From NCBI GenBank assembly GCA_964386465.1, contig CAYLTU010000002.1:1-55061 (forward strand): DNA of 55,061 nt. Reading direction: 5' to 3'. Shown in pieces: positions 9,301 to 17,124 of the stretch (positions within the stretch are counted from its first letter, which is position 1; each line of letters begins with the position of its first letter). Origin of the DNA: an uncultured Rhodospirillaceae bacterium (GTDB lineage Bacteria; Pseudomonadota; Alphaproteobacteria; UBA8366; GCA-2717185). The translations under genes and the position numbers were made by a program. Below the pieces are notes generated by a model. That model searched no databases. It was not told where the DNA came from and saw only the letters and a list, made by a program, of their open reading frames with translations.

Positions 9301-9733
9301 CCACGTGGCCGCCATAGCGCGTCACCGCATTGACCACCGCATCCTGATACCGGCGCATGACATCTCGTAGGTCTTCCGGATCGAGTTGCTGCGATAGCGC
9401 CGTCGAGCCCACCAGGTCGCAGAACATCACTGTCAATTGCCGGCGTTCGGCCGACGGTGAGACTGACGGGGCGTTCTTCGCGGGGGATACCATGTCATCG
9501 GCATCGTCCGCCGATACGCCTGGCACCGCCAAGGCACCGATTGCGCGGATAAGAATTTTACGACGCCCCATCGTGGCGACACCGAGATCCTTCAAATCAC
9601 TGTCGTTGAGATCAGCAGCAAGGTCGAGATTTATCTCGTTCTCTTCAAAGGCGTCAGCGTAACCCGCCAGCCCTAATCCATCCAGCCATGCTCGTATGCT
9701 GCTCGCCATGCTTTGCCTCCCCAACACTCGCAT
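6374..9733 (-). CDS. Multidomain SAM-domain / class III adenylate-guanylate cyclase / STAND (AAA_16) ATPase / TPR-like protein
   Basis: 1,119-aa ORF; the likely start is MASSIRAWL at 9709. SAM-like N-terminus: LDGLGLAGYADAFEENEINLDLAADLNDSDLKDLGVATMGRRKILIRAI. Cyclase blocks: RRQLTVMFCDLVGST, KYLGDGVLAYFG, GETPNLAARLQ. Walker A GEAGIGKS lies at 8741-8767, and a Walker B-like PVLFLFEDSHWID follows. The C-terminal ~600 aa is a helical repeat region. Confidence 0.9.
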   Translation of the reverse strand: MRVLGRQSMASSIRAWLDGLGLAGYADAFEENEINLDLAADLNDSDLKDLGVATMGRRKILIRAIGALAVPGVSADDADDMVSPAKNAPSVSPSAERRQLTVMFCDLVGSTALSQQLDPEDLRDVMRRYQDAVVNAVTRYGGHVAKYLGDGVLAYFGWPQAYEDQAERAVRAGLNAVVAVSSEQMAGHAALAARVGIATGQVVVGDLVGESGSDVEAVSGETPNLAARLQDVAEPGQVVIGEPTYRLVGQTFNVDDLGAHNLKGFKAAVQAWSIVGEVVAESRFEAAHSGGTTRFVGREAELQLLLDRWRLALGGEGQVVLISGEAGIGKSRLMQGLHDQVAESDHFRVRYQCSSYHSNSALYPTIQQLQYACGFRPNDDSEHKLDKLASMLRETDDNVESHTALFAHLLSLPYETRHGALEQTSQQTKELLLKALVSHLMQLAAHKPVLFLFEDSHWIDPTSLELLELIIGHLQQARVLLIITHRPEWQLPPSGHNHVTSLQLNRLGKAQVAEIVGAIAGDHVPKDVMARIVARTDGVPLFIEELTKSLVESGFDVAEADIPDSLQSSLLARIDRLGTEAKKIAQIGAVLGREFSYDLVLPVAEMTAVDLEVALDRLTGSELVFRSGTSHDARYTFKHALIQEAAYASLLRSRREQLHGKIADSLTNSPSGTAPEVMAHHLTAANRHDAAAIAWAKAGTLAQNRSAMAEAASAFEHAIEQLHNLPRSEDLKRRELELLGRLNVAVMNCHGPASVQTEQVQRRSSALAEDLNDRKSWFRVEWALWRIQNARAEYTESIPMAKKLLEDAKSRADVDYEVQAHHALFSSYLFQGNLQGTCEHADRVLAIYDVERHADHAMAFGGHDARECGLINSGNALFALGYPEQAIARNSQGLEHAAELGHPQIIGHAYNWANVLPQLLDDLETLESRLNYIAPLIDKFGLEIYFTEVQLLKAWLAVRTEQDRHAAVAMREYLERRRSMGTVFVQTYFLTLIADAWQRLGEPEESIRAAQEGISCARKTGEHFFLAELYRILGIAHITRGRQAFDQAQQALETAIKDARLRSARSYELRATTVLARLWNDQGRRNEAYDKLLPAYDWFTEGFDTPDLIEAKALLDEMN

Positions 9734-9819
9734 TGTAGCAGATCAGGTCGATGGGGCCATGACGGCTTCGGGTCAACAGCTGCCCGTCAGAGTTCGCTAA
9801 TATAACGGTCGCTGCTTAG

Positions 9820-9995
9820 CTAGCCCGTTCTTAACCCCGCCTGTTTCATCAGCGGGATGACGTTGTCGGCGAAATAGGCCGGAACCGGCGCGAAATCGAA
9901 AAATTGATCTGCATCCCGTCGCGGCCGGCCGCCCTGAGGGCCGCCGACTGCGCGACGACCTGTTCCGGCGTCCCGAATATCTGGACGTCGCCGGC
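9820..9995 (-). pseudogene. C-terminal remnant of a luciferase-like (LLM) flavin monooxygenase gene, frameshifted
   Basis: One minus-strand frame reads AGDVQIFGTPEQVVAQSAALRAAGRDGMQINF. A shifted frame then reads DFAPVPAYFADNVIPLMKQAGLRTG* (stop at 9820-9822). These resemble the last ~55 aa of LLM-class oxidoreductases. No upstream body of the gene exists, because the neighbouring gene ends at 10015. Confidence 0.35.
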
Positions 9996-10014
9996 GCGCG
10001 GCTGGCGGCGACCG

Positions 10015-10893
10015 TCATTCGGCCGCTTGCGGCGGGGCCTCCCGGTAGATTTCACGCCGCGGGTCCCACTCCGCCGCGCCGGCCTTGCCGAAAGCTTCCG
10101 CCGGGCTGAGGTCGGCGAGCGGCACCGGATGCCGTCCTTCCGCCTTCATCGCCGACAAGGCCTGCTCGCAGGCGCCGACCACCTGGATGAACAGCAGTCC
10201 TGGTACGATGGCGATGCGGTAGCCCATTTCCTTCGCCTGGGCGAAGTCGACTTCCGGCGACTTGCCGCCGCGCACCACGTTGAGAAGGCAGGGGCCGTTG
10301 ATTTCGCGCGGCGCCGCCGCGATCTCGTCCATTGTCTGCGGCGCCTCCAGGAATGCCACGTCGGCGCCGGCCTGCAGCGCCGCATTGCAGCGCCGGACCG
10401 CTTCCTCGAAGCCGAGCGAGGCGCGGGAATCGGTGCGTGCGATGATGACGAAATCGGGATCGCGCCTGGCGTCCGCCGCGGCGCGTATCTTGGCCAGATA
10501 GTCGTCGAGCGGGATCAGTTCCTTGTCGTCGAGATGGCCGCAGCGTTTGGGGAAGGCCTGGTCCTCGATATGGACGCCGGCGACACCGGCTTTCTCGAAC
10601 GCGCGGATCGTACGGAAGGTGTTGAGCTCGTTGCCGTAGCCATTGTCGGCATCGGAGATTACCGGCTGGTCGACCGCGTCCGTGATCCGGCCGGCGTTCC
10701 CGACCATCTCGCTCATCGTCAGCAGCCCGTAATCCGGGTAGCCGAATCCGCACGAAGTGCCGCCTCCGGTCATGTAGACGGCGGAGAACTCGGCTTGCGC
10801 GATCAGCTTCGCGGTTAGTCCGTCATACGCGCCGGGCGCGACCACCATGCCGTCGCTCTGCATCAAATCCCTTAACTGCTTGCCCTTTGACAT
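10015..10893 (-). CDS. Isocitrate lyase/PEP mutase superfamily enzyme (methylisocitrate lyase / carboxyvinyl-carboxyphosphonate phosphorylmutase-like)
   Basis: Start set at the ATG at 10893 (MSKGKQLRDLM...). Family blocks VVAPGAYDGLTAKL, ISDADNGYGN and GVHIEDQAFPKRCGH (the K[KR]CGH signature) are present, as is IIARTDS. Confidence 0.85.
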   Translation of the reverse strand: MSKGKQLRDLMQSDGMVVAPGAYDGLTAKLIAQAEFSAVYMTGGGTSCGFGYPDYGLLTMSEMVGNAGRITDAVDQPVISDADNGYGNELNTFRTIRAFEKAGVAGVHIEDQAFPKRCGHLDDKELIPLDDYLAKIRAAADARRDPDFVIIARTDSRASLGFEEAVRRCNAALQAGADVAFLEAPQTMDEIAAAPREINGPCLLNVVRGGKSPEVDFAQAKEMGYRIAIVPGLLFIQVVGACEQALSAMKAEGRHPVPLADLSPAEAFGKAGAAEWDPRREIYREAPPQAAE

Positions 10894-11009
10894 CGTCTTC
10901 TCCTCATTCCTCGCAGCATCGTACGACGTTATTACACCGGCATGAGAGGTGCAATTGCACCGGAAATTCGACGCGGGTATCGTGGGGCGAAACGGCAAGG
11001 AATTCGAAC

Positions 11010-12197
11010 ATGGCAGAGACCTATGACGCGATCGTCGTCGGCGCCGGTGTGATCGGCGCGTCGACCGCTTTCCATCTGGCCAAGCTGGGCGATTTGAAGG
11101 TGTGCGTCGTCGAGCGCGGCGCGGTGTGCTCCGGCGGTACGGCGAAATCCTGCGCGATCGTGCGCAGCCACTATTCCGTGCTGACGAACACGCAGCTGAC
11201 GGTGAAGAGCATCGAGATGTTCGGCCAGTTCAAGGACTGGCTGGAAGACGACGAGGCGGAATCCGGCTTCATCAATTCCGGCTACATCATCGTGGCGCCG
11301 GAAGGCGATTTCGCGTCGAAACTGGCGGATAATATCGCGATGCAGGCCGGCGTCGGCGCCGATACGTTCCAGATATCCAAGGAGGAAGCGCTGGAACGGC
11401 ATCCCCTGCTGTCGCTCGACGATGCGCGGACGATCGGCTACGAGCCGAACTCCGGCTACGCCGATCCTTACCTGACGACGACCAGCTTCCTCAACGCGGC
11501 GCGGCGTAAGGGCGTGACGATCAAGACGGAGTGTCCGGCGACATCGTTGATCCTCGAAGGCGGCAAGGTGAAGGGCGTCGAAACCGCACAGGGGACAATG
11601 CATGCCGATACCGTGATCGTCGCGATCGGACCGTGGTCGCGGACGCTGACCGATCCCGCCGGTATCGATATTCCGCTCGACGTGTCGCGGCACACGGTGC
11701 TGACCTTGCAGACGAACGACGAGTACGCGCGGACTTTGCCGATCGTCAAAGACCTGGCGACCGAGAACAAGATGTATTTCCGGCCGGCGACCGGTGGCGT
11801 CGCGCTGGTCGGGACCGGGGACCATGGCGACCCGATAACCGACCCGGATGCGATGGACGAGAATGTCGGCGACGATTTCGTGTTGCATATGGGCGGCCTG
11901 GTCGCGCACCGCATGCCGAGCTTTGCCGAAGCGCGGTTAACGGACAGTTGGGTCGGCGCCTACGACATAACGCCGGATTGGAATCCGGTGTTGGGGTTCG
12001 TGCCGGATGTCGGCGGTCTGATGGTGAATTTCGGCTTCTCCGGGCACGGCTTCAAGCTGGCGCCGGCGATCGGCAAGGTTCAGGCGCAGACCGTACTCGG
12101 CCAAGCCACCGACGTGGATATCGGCGGCTACGGGCTTGACCGGTTCGCGTCCGGCCAGCTGCTCACCGGAGCCTACGGGATCGGTTCGATAAGTTAG
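11010..12197 (+). CDS. FAD-dependent oxidoreductase, DAO family (sarcosine oxidase beta / D-amino-acid dehydrogenase-like)
   Basis: Start at the ATG at 11010. N-terminus YDAIVVGAGVIGASTAFHLAKLG is a dinucleotide fold. The C-terminal block FGFSGHGFKLAPAIG is typical of the DAO family. The gene is divergent from the ICL/PEPM gene. Confidence 0.85.
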   Translation: MAETYDAIVVGAGVIGASTAFHLAKLGDLKVCVVERGAVCSGGTAKSCAIVRSHYSVLTNTQLTVKSIEMFGQFKDWLEDDEAESGFINSGYIIVAPEGDFASKLADNIAMQAGVGADTFQISKEEALERHPLLSLDDARTIGYEPNSGYADPYLTTTSFLNAARRKGVTIKTECPATSLILEGGKVKGVETAQGTMHADTVIVAIGPWSRTLTDPAGIDIPLDVSRHTVLTLQTNDEYARTLPIVKDLATENKMYFRPATGGVALVGTGDHGDPITDPDAMDENVGDDFVLHMGGLVAHRMPSFAEARLTDSWVGAYDITPDWNPVLGFVPDVGGLMVNFGFSGHGFKLAPAIGKVQAQTVLGQATDVDIGGYGLDRFASGQLLTGAYGIGSIS

Positions 12198-12479
12198 TTA
12201 GTGGGCGATCATCGCCGAGTCGTTAACCATCTGCCGCATCGCGCCATAGAACTCGCGCCAGTCGGCGGGGCCGGTAGTCGATGCCGGGATATCGGCAATT
12301 TTTTCCGCCATCTCGTCGACATCGTGATCCGCCATCAGGCCGGCGACCATGATGCTCCAAAGGCGGTCATTCGGCAGCGCGCGCAGCACAACCGGCATTT
12401 CCTCGGCCATTTCCCGCAGTAGCATGCCTATCGCGGCGTTTCGGGTCATCGGTCGGTCCTCCCACTCACAGCTTTCCAT
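12198..12479 (-). CDS. Hypothetical small protein (start may be the MTRNAA Met at 12449)
   Basis: Open frame of 93 codons, convergent with and abutting the FAD oxidoreductase stop. No recognisable motif. Coding status is inferred only from length and GC-rich third positions. Confidence 0.4.
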   Translation of the reverse strand: MESCEWEDRPMTRNAAIGMLLREMAEEMPVVLRALPNDRLWSIMVAGLMADHDVDEMAEKIADIPASTTGPADWREFYGAMRQMVNDSAMIAH

Positions 12480-12602
12480 GCCACGGCAAATGCAAGCCGC
12501 GTGCCGGTTGGCCGATCGGGTAGGACGTTAGGTCATGGACTCATAAACTGACCTTAAGGCGTCGCGTCACGCATTCTATCGTACAGGCCGGGCCCGAACG
12601 CT

Positions 12603-13113
12603 TCAGCGATAGGCCATGTCCTGGATCAGGATGTGGTGATTCAGCCAATCCTTCAGGTAGTCGGCAAGCGCACCCGCGAGTTCGGGCGCGGATTCCGCGT
12701 TGAACTCTTTGCGCAGGCCGCGAATGTAAAGGGCGAAAGCGTCGTGCTCTTTCTTGTGCCCGGTGGTCTCCTTAGTAGTCGCAGGCATCCATGATCCGCG
12801 CTTCTCGCGTGAAATGGATGTCGATATAGTCGATCAGACGGCTCAGCAAATCGTCCAGAACGTCATAGGCGTTCTCGGCGCTGACACTTTCATGCAGCCG
12901 GTTTATGAGATGGATTAGAGCCTTGTGATCGTTGTCGATCAAGGCGACGCCCACGCTCATCGAATCGTTCCATTGGTAGAACAAGATGCCGCGCTCCGAA
13001 TGGATGGTGGAACCGTCGACAAGCGGCGTAATCCGGATTCGGCATGCGCAATAGCGACCAATTGGCTCTGCGTCGGCTTGACGCGGCGCATGCGGCGGCG
13101 TGATATCCGGCAT
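12603..13113 (-). pseudogene. Bacteriohemerythrin-like gene interrupted by a 1-nt frameshift
   Basis: The N-terminal part (13113-12775) reads ...FYQWNDSMSVGVALIDNDHKALIHLINRL...IDIHFTREARIMDACDY and stops at the TAA at 12772-12774. The C-terminal part continues in the +1 frame as ...TTGHKKEHDAFALYIRGL...LKDWLNHHILIQDMAY. Together these give the full hemerythrin His/Glu ligand pattern (H..H, HF..E, H...H, HI...D). Confidence 0.65.
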
Positions 13114-13143
13114 GGTTTCGATCGGGAATAGGCAGCCGTACGC

Positions 13144-14013
13144 GTGACATCCTTCGTCACAGGCATGGTGCTTCTGGCGGCCGTTTTGCACGCGACTTGG
13201 AACGCGGTGGTCAAGAGCGGTACGGACAGGTTGCTGACGCAGACCGTTGTCATCGGCGTCGCCTCGCTGGTCGGGCTTTGCGCCTTGCCGTTCCTGCCCT
13301 TTCCCGTTGCTGCAAGCTGGCCCTGGCTTCTGGCGTCGGTGATGATTCACCTGGTGTATTTTCTCGCGCTGACGGCATCTTACGAGCACGGCGATTTCAG
13401 TCAGGTCTATCCGATCGCTCGCGGCAGCGCGCCGCTTCTCGTCGCGGCGGCGGCACCCTTCCTGTTTGGCGAGACGCTGAGCGTGGCAGGTTCCCTCGGC
13501 GTCGCCGTGATTTCACTGGGAATCCTGAGCCTGGCCTGGCAGCCTGATCTGTTTCGGCGACGGCCGGAAAAACCGATACTGTTCGCACTGATAACCGCCG
13601 TAACGATCATGGGTTATTCGCTGGTCGATGCGCGCGGTGTCCGGATCGCGGCGGCGGCGGACGGCGATACGGGTGCGTTCGGATACATTGCGTGGTTATT
13701 CTTCCTTTGCGGACCGGTACTGGCAGCCGTTGTACTGCCCAGACGCCGCGGCCGTTTACGCGGTTTCATGGGCGACGACCGGGGCCGCAGCATTGGCGGC
13801 GGCATCGTTGCCTGCGCCGCCTACAGCTTGGTGCTGTGGGCCTTCAGTCTCGGTGCCGTTGCCTCGGTAACGGCCTTGCGGGAAACGTCGGTCGTGATCG
13901 CGGCGGGGATCGGCGCGGTACTGTTCCGCGAAGCGTTCGGCTTTCGCCGTATCCTGGCGGCCGTGGCGGTTGCGCTTGGGGTCGTGCTGCTTAATGCGGG
14001 CGGTGCACCATAA
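13144..14013 (+). CDS. EamA/DMT-family transporter
   Basis: 289 aa and strongly hydrophobic, with about 10 predicted helices. N-terminal AAVLHATWNAVVK and central YPIARGSAPLLVA blocks are typical of EamA-like proteins. Confidence 0.8.
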   Translation: MTSFVTGMVLLAAVLHATWNAVVKSGTDRLLTQTVVIGVASLVGLCALPFLPFPVAASWPWLLASVMIHLVYFLALTASYEHGDFSQVYPIARGSAPLLVAAAAPFLFGETLSVAGSLGVAVISLGILSLAWQPDLFRRRPEKPILFALITAVTIMGYSLVDARGVRIAAAADGDTGAFGYIAWLFFLCGPVLAAVVLPRRRGRLRGFMGDDRGRSIGGGIVACAAYSLVLWAFSLGAVASVTALRETSVVIAAGIGAVLFREAFGFRRILAAVAVALGVVLLNAGGAP

Positions 14014-14071
14014 CTTCATAGGCGGAAGTGCGCCCTTTCGGCGCGGCCGCCGGCCACCTATATTCCAATCC

Positions 14072-14650
14072 ATGGAGAAACAATCGCCTGCCTGGCTGCG
14101 GCCGACGATCGAATACGGCCCGCTGGGCGTATTCCTGATCGCCTATTACAAGTTCGATCTGTTTGCCGCCACGGGCGCGTTCATGGTCGCCACCGTGGTG
14201 GCCTTGGCCGCCTCCTACATATTCGAGCGCCGCGTCCCGATCGTCCTCGTCGTCACCGCCGTCATCGTCATGGTGTTCGGCGGTCTGACATTGATCTTCG
14301 ACGACGACCGGTTCATCAAAATGAAGCCGACGATCGTCCAGGCGTTGTTCGCGGTCGTTCTCTTGGGCGGTCTCGCCATCGGCAGGCCCTTGCTGAAGCC
14401 GTTGCTCCACGCGGCATGGCAATTGACCGATCAGGGGTGGCGTTCGCTGACGTTGCGGTTCGGCTTGTTCTTCGCGGCCATGGCCGTGATCAACGAAATC
14501 GTCTGGCGCACGCAGACCACGGACTTTTGGGTCAATTACAAGGTCTTCGGAGCGCTCGTCATTACCTTCGCCTTTACGGCTTGCCAGGCGCCGCTGATCA
14601 ATCGGCATCAGGTCGATCCGGACGAAGCCGAACTGCCGGAAGGCGATTAG
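14072..14650 (+). CDS. yciB: Inner-membrane protein YciB (intracellular septation protein A family)
   Basis: Start at the ATG at 14072 (MEKQSP...). The product is collinear with my recollection of E. coli YciB: FGGLTLIFDDDRFIKMKPTIVQALFA and FWVNYKVFGALVITFAF. Confidence 0.9.
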   Translation: MEKQSPAWLRPTIEYGPLGVFLIAYYKFDLFAATGAFMVATVVALAASYIFERRVPIVLVVTAVIVMVFGGLTLIFDDDRFIKMKPTIVQALFAVVLLGGLAIGRPLLKPLLHAAWQLTDQGWRSLTLRFGLFFAAMAVINEIVWRTQTTDFWVNYKVFGALVITFAFTACQAPLINRHQVDPDEAELPEGD

Positions 14651-14653
14651 CGC

Positions 14654-15208
14654 CTATTCCGGCGGATTGGTCCGTGCGACGAAAGCCGTTTCGCCGGCCA
14701 CTTCGCGGTGATGATTCAGGGCCCAGTGAACCGACGGGAAGGCGATGCGGTCCCAGGGAATGGAATCCCAGTCGAACAGTTCGACCTCGAGGCTTTCCTC
14801 GCCCGGCGCAATATCGGGCGACAGCAGCCTCGCGCGGTAGATGAGTTGCACTTGGCTGATGCGGGTCACGTTGTAGACCCCCAATAGCGCGTCGATCTCG
14901 ATTTCGGCGCAGGCTTCTTCTTTCGCTTCCCGCTTGGCGCCGGATTCCGCGTCCTCGTTCAGTTCCAGGTAGCCCGCCGGTATGGTCCAGTAGCCGTGAC
15001 GCGGCTCGATCGCGCGCCGGCACAGCAGGATGCGATCCTCCCAGGTAACGACGGCGCCGACGACGACCAGTGGATTATCGTATTTGATATAGGCGCATTC
15101 AGGACAAACCAGCCGAGGCCGGTTGTCTCCTTCGGGGATCTCTCGGATCCGGGGGCCGATTTCGGGCGGTTTGAAAGGCTTCGGGGTTGTGCTGCCGGAA
15201 TCAGACAT
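14654..15208 (-). CDS. NUDIX hydrolase with N-terminal zinc-ribbon
   Basis: The segment [14 protein letters not shown] is zinc-ribbon-like. The Nudix box [32 protein letters not shown] is present. Confidence 0.9.
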   Translation of the reverse strand: MSDSGSTTPKPFKPPEIGPRIREIPEGDNRPRLVCPECAYIKYDNPLVVVGAVVTWEDRILLCRRAIEPRHGYWTIPAGYLELNEDAESGAKREAKEEACAEIEIDALLGVYNVTRISQVQLIYRARLLSPDIAPGEESLEVELFDWDSIPWDRIAFPSVHWALNHHREVAGETAFVARTNPPE

Positions 15209-15368
15209 ACCTGTAATCTGGACCGCAGCCGCGATCCAGACAAGCCCCGCCGGTAGATGTAAGGATTTGCTAGATCGGGTCGTGGTTTGTCGGAATCGCT
15301 TTCAGTGATCCGACAACCGCGTGAATCTGATCTAACTGATTGATTGAGAGCGGATTCACAAGAATAAC

Positions 15369-15389
15369 CGAACCCATGAAATGGGTTCG
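15369..15389 (-). terminator. Putative intrinsic terminator hairpin after the small Ser/Gly-rich ORF
   Basis: Perfect 9-bp stem CGAACCCAT / ATGGGTTCG with a 3-nt loop, 19 nt downstream of the stop at 15408 on the minus strand. It is followed by the T-rich tract GTTATTCTTGTG. Confidence 0.45.
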
Positions 15390-15407
15390 TCTAAACTTGA
15401 TTCGCTC

Positions 15408-15626
15408 CTAGACCGTTATGTCCAGCTGGCTCCCGCGCGATGAATCGCCGCTCGACGACCCTTGGCTGTCCGTGCTGCCGGATTGGGTGGCGCCGGCAAC
15501 GGATGTAGAGTTTCCGGCCTCGTCCCCGGTCTGGTTCTCGGCTTGCAGGGTCTGCTGCGCGCCGCTCGATTGAGATGAACTCAGAACGGTTGATGCTGCC
15601 GATCCCGCAATTTCACTGATAGCCAT
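15408..15626 (-). CDS. Small Ser/Gly/Gln-rich low-complexity protein (72 aa), function unknown; weak resemblance to YjfB-type putative motility proteins
   Basis: A good SD (GGAG) lies 8 nt upstream of the ATG and a hairpin terminator lies downstream. The ORF sits in an AT-richer intergenic patch. Sequence: MAISEIAGSAASTVLSSSQSSGAQQTLQ...SSRGSQLDITV. Confidence 0.5.
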   Translation of the reverse strand: MAISEIAGSAASTVLSSSQSSGAQQTLQAENQTGDEAGNSTSVAGATQSGSTDSQGSSSGDSSRGSQLDITV

Positions 15627-15725
15627 TCGTTACTCCGTTTCTCGGATATGTGGTCAGTTGAGAAAGAACATAACCGCGATCCCTTAAGAAAGGCTTAAGG
15701 TCGTCTGAACAGAGAGAATTTCCTT

Positions 15726-16967
15726 TTATTTGGAGCGACTTACGCGCCATATCGTATTCGAGGCCGCGTCCGCGATCAGCAGGCTGCCATCGTTCCAAAG
15801 CGCCAGTCCGGCAGGACGGCCAATGACCTGGGCCTGATGCGCGCCGCTCCAGCCTTGTTTGGAGTCGATCCAGAATCCAGTGACGAAATTCTCGTACCAG
15901 CCAAGCGGGCGCCCATTCTCGAAAGGAACGCGGACGACCTTATAGCCGGTCGGTACGGCGGAATTCCAGGATCCCTGGAAGGCGACGAAGGCATCGTCGC
16001 GCCAGTCGGGGGGGAACTGTTCGCTGTTGGCGAACGCCATGCCGATCGGCGCGGAATGCGACTGGAACAGGACGTCGGGCGTAATGGTCTGTGTGATCAG
16101 GTCCGGTCGCAAATTCGCGTATCCGGGCATCGGGTTCGGGCCGATATAGGCGTACGGCCACCCGTAAAAGCCGTCTTCCCGCACTTGCGTCAGATAGTCC
16201 GGCACCAGCCCGTCGCCCATGCCGTCGCGTTCGTTGACGACGGTGAAAAGAGCACCCGTTTGCGGGTGGAAGGCGATGCCGACCGCGTTGCGCAGCCCGC
16301 TCGCGAAGACCTTGCCATTGGCGCCGTCGGCGTCGAACCGTTTGATCGTCGCGCGCGGCAAGGGTTCCTCGGCGATATTCCCCTCGCTACCGATCGCGAC
16401 GTAGAAGTGCCGTCCGTCCGGGGCGAAGACGATATTGCGGGTCCAGTGGCCGCCCGGGTCACCGAAGGCGCCGGCCGGAGTGATCCGCTCGGGTTCCGTG
16501 CCGGCCTTTTTCTGACCGGGCTCGAACGGAACACGCCAGACGCCTTGAAGGTCGGCGATATAGAGAAATTTATCCCGCAGCGCCAATCCGTGCGGTGCGT
16601 CGAAACCGTCGGCATAGACCGATTTCTCGTCGGCTACCCCGTCGCCGTCCGTGTCGATCAGTAGCGTTACCGTGTCGACGCGCGGCTGCGCCAGGAAAAC
16701 CTCGCCGCTGGGCGCGACGGCCATCCATCGAGCATGGCTCAACTTTTCCGCGAAAACGGTAACGGTGAATCCGGGTGGCGCGACCGGCATCTGGCCCGGC
16801 CGCCGGGCGACGATATTCGAGCCGTTGGAAGCGCTGGGCGTGAGAAAGGGTTCGGGCAGGTCCGCGGGCTTGACGTGGAAGCGCTGTCCGGGCTGGTCTG
16901 CAGGCGGTTCGGCCGACAGCGGTGCGGCCGCGGCCATCATCAGGACGTGCCATGCAAATCGTTTCAT
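15726..16967 (-). CDS. PQQ-dependent sugar (sorbosone/aldose) dehydrogenase family, secreted
   Basis: Start set at the ATG at 16967, giving a signal peptide MKRFAWHVLMMAAAAPLSAEP. Beta-propeller-type repeats are present, with blocks FYVAIGSEGN, GLRNAVGIAFHPQTGALF, NERDGMGD and FYGWPY. Confidence 0.8.
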   Translation of the reverse strand: MKRFAWHVLMMAAAAPLSAEPPADQPGQRFHVKPADLPEPFLTPSASNGSNIVARRPGQMPVAPPGFTVTVFAEKLSHARWMAVAPSGEVFLAQPRVDTVTLLIDTDGDGVADEKSVYADGFDAPHGLALRDKFLYIADLQGVWRVPFEPGQKKAGTEPERITPAGAFGDPGGHWTRNIVFAPDGRHFYVAIGSEGNIAEEPLPRATIKRFDADGANGKVFASGLRNAVGIAFHPQTGALFTVVNERDGMGDGLVPDYLTQVREDGFYGWPYAYIGPNPMPGYANLRPDLITQTITPDVLFQSHSAPIGMAFANSEQFPPDWRDDAFVAFQGSWNSAVPTGYKVVRVPFENGRPLGWYENFVTGFWIDSKQGWSGAHQAQVIGRPAGLALWNDGSLLIADAASNTIWRVSRSK

Positions 16968-17124
16968 CCGCCCCACTACCGTCGAATCGGGTCTATTGAA
17001 ACCTAGCAATTTTCAACCGGTGCCGGCAGCAAATAAATGGAAATAGACCTTGAGTGGAAAACGTGCTATTGAAAATACAGTATAGACAATCACTTATGAG
17101 AAATTTGAGATAAGTTTTACGAAG

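Noticed and set aside
9709-9733. Upstream GTG/ATG alternatives that lengthen many ORF-track entries. Examples: 2275 for the 2-hydroxyacid dehydrogenase, 10998 for the ICL/PEPM gene, 10887, 13389, 13970, 17009, 23535, 28466, 30370, 51005, 51093, 51810, and 9733 against 9709 for the cyclase.
   Set aside because: The extended N-termini are Arg/Pro-rich, overlap neighbouring genes, and precede family-typical N-terminal motifs or start/stop overlaps. Shorter starts were chosen. For the cyclase, both starts remain possible.
12765-12790. Possible programmed +1 frameshift in the hemerythrin gene; a TAAGGAG sequence lies at the stop.
   Set aside because: The SD-like AAGGAG lies at or after the stop rather than upstream of a slippery codon as in prfB. 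UAC-to-ACU re-pairing is not possible. A mutational frameshift or an assembly error is more parsimonious.
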